Positions 50,832-60,000 of a DNA stretch of 60,000 nucleotides are shown here, piece after piece. The stretch comes from Botryllus schlosseri (lineage: Eukaryota), in assembly GCA_051294905.1 (NCBI GenBank), contig CM119371.1, positions 17,424,001 through 17,484,000 on the forward strand. The letters are read 5' to 3'. Each line of letters starts with the position of its first letter. Within the stretch, counting starts at the first letter, position 1. Both the position numbers and the translations under genes were made by a program. The notes beneath the pieces are model-generated. The model saw only the letters and a list, made by a program, of their open reading frames with translations. It had not been told where the DNA came from and did not search any database.

Positions 50832-53038
50832 AATACGTCAATGCACCCAATATTTTATGTAATTCATGATCACTATATGATATATTGTCAGTGGTGATTT
50901 TAATTCCCTGATTAACACGATTGATCCAGTTACTGTTGGCTTATCGATGGTCGTATACAGAACGTGATCTCTTGATGATGAAGACCAAGAAGATGAAACT
51001 AGGTATATGATTCTAATACCAAATGCTACATAGCCGAAAGGTATAATAATAGACAACGCTTACCACTTGGTGTACTACCAGTGTCAAATATTAACAACAA
51101 ACACAAGCACGTGAGAACTTTATAATACGGCACACCGATACAATTTCAGATATTCAATGCCAGACCAATATTAGCTGGCTGAAGTACTGATATGATAGCC
51201 AATTTTCAATTCATGTTCAAATATACCTGTGTTCATTAAATTACGTCGCGTTGATCGTCCGGCGATAAGTATGTTTGTGGAAGATATGACTAATTGTGAC
51301 ATCGAAGCGATGCTAAAAACTGAGAACTTTCAAAGACTTGTACGTGAGACACGAATCGTTCACGGAATGAAATGATTCAGCAGATGCATAGGGCCGTTTT
51401 GTACAGCCAATGATAGCATAGTGTTACTAAATATCACCCGTTTAAGATAGACGGGGAGAGTAGTCACGAGATTTGTATAGGATAACCTCGCAGTGATGCG
51501 TGAATGGTTAAATAGCATAACTAATGTAATGGCGTAGTTTCAAAAACGTGGTTATACAATCTGTCTATGAATCTTCTCAATGCACACCAATATATTTATT
51601 GAAGACAATGTTTTGTCCTTGAATCGATAGGTGCCAATTGGATAACCAGTCAAATAACAGACATTACTGAATGTATTGTTAATGTTTCAAGTCATTGCCG
51701 TTCAACCTGAAGGATCGTACGCACTTGCACGAATGAAAAAAAATGAAGTAGGCCTACAAATGACAAACGTCAGCGGAGGAGTGCGGATGAAATCGTGTAT
51801 ATTTGTTAGTTTTTTGACGTGCAATAATTCCACTAACTTTAATAGGAACTTCAGGTACAGTGGACCCCAACTTTAATCGTGGCTGCTCATTCGTAAAAAC
51901 TTGCTTGATTTAGGACGCACTACTATAATCGTAGCTTTTACAATAAATTTATCTCGCAGCAGTCGTAGCGAATTCATATTTGCCCACTCTTAAAATAAAG
52001 TAATCTAAAGTCTGGTTCGATAGCCGGTGTAGTGGCAGTCATACACTAAATCAGCATATTTGAGCCTGCGACAGACGTCAAAAATGACGTAAAATTGATT
52101 TCCTACTTTCTTTCGTTCAACAATCATCACAAATTCGTCATAACGGTTCGAATGACACGAGACGTGAAGATAGCAGTAAATATCATCATTACAGACTCAC
52201 TTTGGCAAAAAGTTAGTGTAATGCAACTTTTTCTCTCTTCAGGTCAGGAATTCTCAAAGTATGAGTAGTTATGCGTTGCGACGGCAGCAAAACGGTTTGT
52301 TTGTTTGTGGTATTCATGGTGTTTGTCGACTACAATGGCCATTTACACCAGGCAGGTAGTTCAATAGATGCCACTAATACTCAAATACGAAAACTCAGAT
52401 TTAGATCGTGGTTTAAAAGACTTAAGAACCACCGTTTTGAAGCTATTTAAGTGTTTTGATCTTTCAAGTTCCATTTAGCTAAAGTGCCGATCTCACAACT
52501 TTCGTGATAGTATCCATGATATTTTAAGTTTGTTTTTCAAGCCACCAGACTCAGCCATGAAACAAAGATGTGGATTTTGCACCGCCTTCGATGCTCTGGA
52601 GTCTCAGTGACCAATGGATCACACGTTTTAAACCATTTATACCAGCAAGTATGTTTTACTCGCGTAAAATACGCTGTATTTTGGATTTGAGTGCTGGTGA
52701 GTTCTTATAAAGACCTGGTCAAACATACACGACAGGGGTCACCAACCCGGTGCCCGCGGGCCCCAGTTAACCCACGAGGACCAGTTGAGTAGCCCGCGAG
52801 TCTGTTCCAAAAACAGATCGAATAGCAGCATTTACCAATATTCGTCAGATTATTACCAGTGAGATTCTAAATATATAGATTGATTGATTTAGCTAATATT
52901 GTTTAAATTACACTTACAGGTAACTTACAAATGACAATACATATATATAAACACTTAAATTGATGATATCAAATACCAACATATACAACAGAATCCCAAG
53001 ATATCTATGACGTAGGATACCGCGTATTGCCTATAGTG

Positions 53039-54913
53039 CAATGGTCGGGAACCTTTTTTTGCCCGAAGAGCCATATTGGCCCTATTTTTTCCATCTCAAC
53101 TCCCAGAGAGTCATACATGCCAATCAAGTGTTACATCACAATTAAAAATTCGTGACGTCATGATAGCACTAATTCGAACTCACTACATGGGATTCCTCGT
53201 GTGCGCCACATTTTCTCTGTAAAACCTGGTATTTATTGTTTTAAAATAATGCTCGAAACGAGAGGTAAGACCCAGACGGGCCAAGCCTCCACCAAGGATA
53301 ACGCAATTCCTTGTATAAGTAGCTTAGAATTTATTATAACTGATATTAATCGAATGTGACTGTCACACTGATTCCGAAAATCCAAGGGCGGAGATAATAA
53401 AGTCAGCTGATCCGGGAGGATGCTAATCATGTGAATAAAAATTGCTAATCGGGACGCATCTCAGGCGGAGATAATAATGTTAGCTGATCCGGAATATTGC
53501 TAATCGTGTGATTACATACTGCAAATCGCGACTCATCAAGTTGGAAAGGTTACGCCGTATGGTTAGTCGAAGTGTCCCGAGTTTTCAATCAAGTGGTGCT
53601 ATCTGTTGCATCATAATGCGAAAACGCGTTATTGGCCATCAGTTGTCAATTTGTTGACTGAAACAGCAGCCTGCTGATAGCGACACTGCCACTCTAGTAT
53701 GCTGAATTATCATCATCGCGAAATGAAGGTCGTGACCAATTCGTTCGGCACAGCTGAGAATTGGATTATAGAATATTGGTATCGCTCTGCAATAGCGGGT
53801 ACATAATTAGTGGAGCTATTACCTAGGTCCTAGGAGACCATCGCCACGATTATTATCGGAAATATTTGTGCGTAGGAATGGTACGCAGTTTATATAGATA
53901 ACAAGTTATCTATAGTTTGTTCCGGTGAGATAAATCAAGAGATTAACACTAACTTTATGCGCTGCGATCAACCGGTTCCCTTAATCCTGGGTTGATAAAT
54001 CCTGACGAACGCGATAATCGACTTATATTGTTAATCCAACTTTATTATCTCCGCCCTCAATACTTATTGACTTCTCCATTCTCAAAGTATTTGGCGGTAA
54101 CATAACGTTGCGCGACACGCATAAATTTTATACTACATAGAACGTGGAGAAAACGGAACGTAGATGATAGCTATGGCTTTGTTTGTAATTCGAGTTTGTA
54201 ATTATGATTGTCACATCCACAACAGTTCATTTCGCGCCGTAGATCAGGAAGACAATGTGTATTTAAAAACTGCGTTTTGAAATGGGCGGCGTCATATCTG
54301 CTGTGCTCTTCGACTCAACGTATCGCACAATGCATGATTTCGATTCGGATACATCGCCAGGCGGTTTGAGTCGGTAGTCATTTCGATGGCGTGGGTTCGA
54401 ATCCCATCGCTGCCACCACGCCAGGATACAGAGCCTGTACTCCCTGTTGCACCGCGAAATGATGTTGCCACACGATAAACGTTTATTACAGAAGAGACGT
54501 CTAAACAACACGAGTAGTCGTTATGTCAGGCAACTAAATAAACGGCGCAATCAGAGAACTAATCATTAGCGTACCAATTAACAGGCGCCGAGATTCGGCT
54601 CCAGTATATCACAAACAATACTGGCGCATGGAATGTCCGAGTGATATTGGCCGCCGGCGTGACAGTAACTTAAATTTGATGATTTTGAAGAGAGAGGGTC
54701 CGAGCCTCTAAACCTGAAGACGGCATTGTTTTTACCTCTCAAAGACATGTTAATACTGTCATGAGAATAGTTATTTTGGCCGTGATGAAAATTTACCAAC
54801 AAGTCGCTGCGATATTGATCAATTCAGTACAAAAATTAATATTTTGCAAAGAGCCATATCTTATACCCGAAAGAGCCATATATGGCTCGCGAGCCATAGG
54901 TTCCCGACCACTG
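53039..54913. mobile_element. Nested hAT-type non-autonomous element
   Basis: caatggtcgggaacc..ggttcccgaccactg, gagccata subterminal repeats, flanks ctatagtg/gcctagtg. Confidence 0.75.
54376..54418 (+). other. 3' half of tRNA-Leu including CCA (processed fragment, not a gene)
   Basis: agtcatttcgatggcgtgggttcgaatcccatcgctgcca+cca matches the variable arm, T arm and acceptor 3' strand of metazoan tRNA-Leu; no 5' half upstream. Confidence 0.7.
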
Positions 54914-56233
54914 GCCTAGTGCTTATACAGGCGACATGACGAAATGCCATCCACGGTGTTTTCGAAATGGTGGGGGGTTTAGTTATGATAGCTCGACGTC
55001 CAGGACAATGCCAAAGTAGTAAACAACATTACCAATTACTATTCGCTAGCAGCCGTGAAGTATTAGCAGATGCCTAATATCCGTATGTCCATTACGTATT
55101 GCATCTTTTGACAAAGCTAGTTTCTTTTACACTCAACGGAGTTTATTACCATGCTTGTAACTTTGTTTAATCCCTGCTGCTGTCCGGTATAATGAAATCT
55201 GTCATGTCTGGATGCTGAGCAGTTGGAGATTGAAATTGTAACACTGCAAAAAGACCTCCACCTCAAAGCCCGCCAGGGTGCAGCAAACGTTCGGTGCACG
55301 GTGCTATGTTGACACGGAAAAGTACAGTGGTGTATGTGTAGCAGCTATGAAGTATGCAAGCGTGTTTGGTACAAATTATCGTTGTGAATCAGCCTTTTCG
55401 GCAATAACTTCATTAAAAACAAACACAGGTCACGCCTCACTAATGCACATCTGGAGCACTCACTCATAGTTGCAGTGTCGAGTTACATACTAGAACACAG
55501 CGCATTATAGTTGATAGCACGGAATGCCAGCTTCCCACTGACTGATATAGAAACAGATAACATGATGTCCGGCCTAAAGTGTGACATGATTTATTTCATA
55601 ATATGAGTTGACTGTTGTTGTATAATTTATATTGATACCAACATGATGCGAAGTAATTCATTATTTCTGAAAAAATATTTGTGGCTAGCTAATTGAAATG
55701 AGATGTTTTGATTTAAAAGACTCGCTTAGAAGTCCTAACGCAATGTGATTCCTGCCCAGTACTATGAATATCAAAGCGGAAATTCAGTCTGACACGGGTC
55801 AACGGCGGGAGTAAATGGTAGCCCGTTGCTTCAATCAGTACCCAAAACTAGCTCTTGGTTGCAAAAAGGTTGGTGACCCCTGCACCAGAAGTTCCTATAC
55901 AAAGGCCAACAACTTTTTTGGCCTAGAGGGCTTTAGTTCACTACAGTTGAAATCAAAACGAGGGTAAAGAGTAGCATTTTAAGGAGACACTTGATAGCCT
56001 AAACCGGTCACCTATTTCTTGCACATCTGAACAAAATGATGTTGAGTCTCCTCATTTACTTTTTACGTCACAATTTCCGGTTGGTTTATGAAGATAAAAA
56101 ATATTCGGATGGTGCTCAAAATTGCTGAAAGCACTGCTCTAACGTATGAACGTATATAATCATCAAACCAATATTTTATTTGTTTTCAATATATATATGT
56201 AGTCTATGTATTATATTATTTCCATGTCTCCGG

Positions 56234-57480
56234 CAGAGTTGGATCAATTACAATTATTTCAGTTCAATTACATTACAATTACAATTACTTTCATGAATGT
56301 TTCAATTACATTACAATTACAATTACTCCATGCTAAAAATATCAAATTACAATTACAATTACAATTACTCCTTGCATGCTTCAATTAAATTACAATTACA
56401 ATTACAATTGCTGCTGTTGAACATGTAATTAAATAATCATAAATTCAACCGTGCTCCTTGACAACCGTAGCGTCGTAATTAACAGCAATTCAAGTATTCA
56501 TGTTTCATTCATGATACGCAAATACCCGTTAATTATTAAAAAGAAAAAACGTTTTCGAACTATTCCTAGTCATAGGAAATATTTTTAAGCGACAGTTAAC
56601 AACCAAAAGTTTGAGCGACTGGCAATGACTAACAACGAATAGGCTGCAAGACGGGCAATGAAACGCAATCAAACGAATAGACAAAACTGAGCAACGCAAA
56701 TGAAATGTAGCTGTCAAGACGTCAGCGTGTGTAAAATTCAGTAAAATGCAAATGGAAAGAAGCTCATGATACCATAAATTACAATATCTTGTTTCCAGTT
56801 AAATTTTTACTTGTTCAAAAACTGCTGGATTGCATTTAATGAAAATTAAGGTGCGAAAAGTTTCTGGCCCCAGTAAATTTCTTCTTGCCGTATAAAAGTT
56901 GCCCGCAATTGAAAATATTCTTTCTGACGGGGCTGATGTTGCTGTTAGCCCCAAATAATCTTTGGCCAAGGCAGCAAGCGTTGGAAATTCTTCTGACTTC
57001 TTCTTCCAATACATTAGTGGGTCGCCAGCTATAGGATTATCAATTCTGCTGCTTTTAGCCGGCTCAGCAGTTCGCTTCTCGGCGTATTCAAACGTGAGTC
57101 ACGTGTTGAGAATCCATCCGTTGGTTAGTAAGCTAATAATTGTATACAATGGCAGCCGAGTACAGCATAGCGGTAAAAATGAATAAAACTTCGCCCGCAA
57201 GGGCGCAGTCAAGGGCTTCCGCAAATGGATCCATCAAATTCCTTGTCGACATTTAAAGAGAATGCATTATAAGTCAATTATTTTATGTTGTGCTTGTCAG
57301 GTCTCAATAGCAATTTAATGTAATTGAAATTGTAATTGAGCAAAATTTTTGTCAAATTACAATTACAATTACAATTACACAAAATAAAAATGCTTCAATT
57401 ACAATTACATTACAATTACATTGAAAAATGTAATTAATTACATTCAATTACAATTACAAATTACAATTGATCCAACTCTG
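56234..57480 (-). mobile_element. Internally deleted hAT (ZBED1/4-like) transposon
   Basis: TIR cagagttggatcaatt..aattgatccaactctg; perfect TSD gtctccgg; (aattac)n subterminal arrays; ORF 56799-57014 YWKKKSEEFPTLAALAKDYLGLTATSAPSERIFSIAG is the hAT dimerization domain. Confidence 0.93.
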
Positions 57481-58533
57481 GTCTCCGGTAATTATTAATT
57501 TAGCTACATTTACTGCTCTTATCCAAATCGAAGTTATTTTGAAAGTCGATGGGTCAAATTCGTCAGAAATCCTAATATCTTTTGAAATCAAAATTCGTAC
57601 CCATCTCTGCTTTGTTTATAAGCAACTAAAATTTAGTTGTTCAACGCTATGCAGCACTCGGCTTTTAGTAAGAAAGGGGCTTCGAAAGCAACATGAAGCA
57701 TTGTTCCTGCGGTTTCCCGGCAACGCTATTCCCTACATGTGTGTGAATGATGTAACGAAAATATTAGTCTCATATCGGTAACATTTCTATACCAGTTTCT
57801 GTAACAGGTAAACTGATGAACGTTACCGGGAGCATATATTTGAAATCAAGTGGTGGATCTGTGATGACAGAATGTTGACGCTTTGGCTACTTGGATAGTG
57901 GATTACATAAATACAAAACAAACATAACGTATTGGTAATAAATATCCGTATATCAATTAGATCGTAAGCCCTAATTGAATTCTTAGTCTTAGAGCCAATG
58001 ATGAAAATATCACACAAGAGTAGCTTACGATATATCGCAGTAGGAGGTATATCATTGAGCGTCACTTGCTCAGATGTTCTGTCATTTCATCATAATCTTC
58101 TGTTCTACTTGATACATAGAAACCACGTTTCCAAAATGAACTAGGGGTTTCATAATTAAGATGGGAAATCAATTATTACTACTCCGAAATCATTTCTGTA
58201 AACATCATACTGAGAGTAAAAATGATATTTGTTATTAGAGGAAACTGCCGCAACATAGATATGGAAAGAGATCTTAAAATATTAATGACAATCCGTCATT
58301 TCAGTGTTGGAGATAACTTAGGACATGTGCGAAACAGCTGTCTGGGGATGTTCAACGTGATATCAAATGTAGTTCAAAATTGATTGAGGAATTTCGCTTC
58401 ATATATAAATTTAAGGCGTTGCCACGCTATGATGCAGTGATCCAGAAAGACAGTAAAAATTCAAAGGTGTATTGGAAATTTAAACGGGAGTCGGTTAATC
58501 CATCAACAAGTAATTTATGTCTGCATTCAAAAC

Positions 58534-58726
58534 CAATGCTCCCTCTAATTTTTGACGAGTCTGCGCACACTCAGCAACTCGCTGCGCAGACCCTTGGACA
58601 ACAGTGCGTAACGACTAAAAAAAGGTCATCACTTCGGAATTTTTGTGCGCAACTTAGATTTTCTGTGCGCAGAAAACGTGTCAGCACTGCACATTTGCGC
58701 ACGTGCGCAGCTTAGAGGGAACATTG
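58534..58726. mobile_element. Short hAT-type MITE about 155 bp upstream of the copy 5 ATG
   Basis: TIR caatgctccctctaa..ttagagggaacattg; tgcgca repeats; flanks ttcaaaac/gtcacaac. Confidence 0.75.
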
Positions 58727-58882
58727 GTCACAACTGTGATTGGCGGTGGTGTTATAAATCTCATGCTCAAGTCTGTAACATCCAGTTTAAGAGTTCGCAG
58801 TTACACTTGACGCATGCCTCCACATTGTAAAATGAAATGTCATTGTAGGTCGAAATTTAGAAAATCAAGTATACAGCTTACT

Positions 58883-59042
58883 ATGGACCCGTTGATGCGG
58901 TTTCGTACTGGAGTTTTATTGCTCGCAAATTCCACTATCTCGTCACCGTACGATGGTAATCAATTTGCGACCACTGACGAAGTCATACAGAGGCTTTCCG
59001 ACTTGGAATATCGGCTCAGTTTGAAAATACTACAGGAACATG
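58883..59042 (+). CDS. Exon 1 of C-type lectin-like copy 5 (remainder presumably beyond the window)
   Basis: MDPLMRFRTGVLLLANSTISSPYDGNQFATTDEVIQRLSDLEYRLSLKILQEH followed by g|gtaagc donor; 160 nt like copy 3 exon 1, with similar intron start (gtaagcgtatgtatgagcaa vs gtaagcatatgcatgagcaa). Confidence 0.8.
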
Positions 59043-60000
59043 GTAAGCGTATGTATGAGCAATGAGTATGTACGCATGCGTTTTTGTGAGCATAATGTTC
59101 AACTTCTCATTCGAGAAAATACTGGTCTATGTCAAATCCCATTTTTATGTAATAAGGAGAGAAACAATTCGAATATTCTGAAATACCATCAATTTATCTT
59201 AGCGTTATGCATATCAATCTATATCAGTGGTTCTTAACTAGGGTTGCCATACGTATGGAATTTCACTGAAAAACTGCGTCCGGCATTTTGAAGGCTTGAA
59301 GTAGGATCAAAAGTATTTCGTAAATCAACATAAGCAATATTATTTTCAAGCAGATTTGAGCTTTCCAAAGTTTTTCTTCGAGATGCGCGCGAGTTAATGC
59401 CACGGATATTGATATTCGTGCGGGCACCAGGCACCGCCCTTGCAAAAAATGCAATCGAAAAAATAAATAAAATAACCATCATTTGCTGAAATAAGTCTAA
59501 TTGTAATCGCAATTATAAGCTGACGGTATATTCCTAGAGTTGGTTATGGCCGATCGGATGCTTCAGTAACAGACATTGGTTCCAAGTCTTATGGTCGTTT
59601 GCCTTTATCTGATCGCGATGGTGTTGGGCGCAATCAGCTTTCTAGGCCGCAAGTAAGTATTGGCAAACTGAAATTATTTTGGTAATCAGCATATCAAGTT
59701 TCGAGCTGAGCCACGGAACATTTTCAAGTTGGAAATGAGGTAGCGACCATAAAAGGCTGTAAATCGCCGGATGTGCAGCCTGCCAGTGAATTTTATAGTA
59801 GCCAAATATATGGAAAAACAATATTATTGACATAATTCATTCATAAAATTCAACAACCAGATGCATATAGTAAGTGCCCAAGAAGTTACATCGAGTACCC
59901 AATGGTGGTCGCAAGATCAGTGCATTTTTTGGGCGGAAGCGGGGCTGAAAAAATGTTGTTTTGGACCTGAATAAAATACACAACCACACCGACCTAACAA

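Larger units (their letters stand above)
52733..55882 (+). mobile_element. Deleted hAT (Buster/SPIN/Charlie-like) element with nested insertion
   Basis: TIR caggggtcaccaacc..ggttggtgacccctg; remnant at about 55200-55490 LEIEIVTLQKD..EKY..ASVFGTNYRCESAFS..RSRLTNAHLEHSL (frameshifted); no clean TSD. Confidence 0.8.

Noticed and set aside
56206..56388. QLQLQL/ITIT ORF (similarly 19198-19500, 27264-27557, 42026-43340)
   Set aside because: These are translations of transposon subterminal repeats.

Overview
Eukaryotic, AT-rich, intron-containing invertebrate DNA. The gene and repeat types suggest an ascidian tunicate, but that is inference. The window holds a head-to-tail (+ strand) cluster of secreted, three-exon genes: signal peptide + short coiled-coil neck + atypical C-type lectin-like domain (CTLD). 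There are three intact copies (2458-4860, 10809-14448, 33632-40952), one pseudogene (47963-50831; nonsense codon plus frameshift), the first exon of a fifth copy (58883-59042) and an orphan degraded last exon split by a MITE (18082-19059). The CTLDs lack EPN/QPD and WND motifs and the inner disulfide, and vary most in the ligand-binding loop. Between the genes lie nested non-autonomous hAT elements (several with perfect 8-bp TSDs), a TTAA-flanked Kolobok-like element, a foldback element filled with inverted telomere-like repeats, two LINE fragments, two tRNA-derived SINE families whose tails each match one of those LINEs, a 115-bp minisatellite and local duplications. Most ORF-track entries are spurious.
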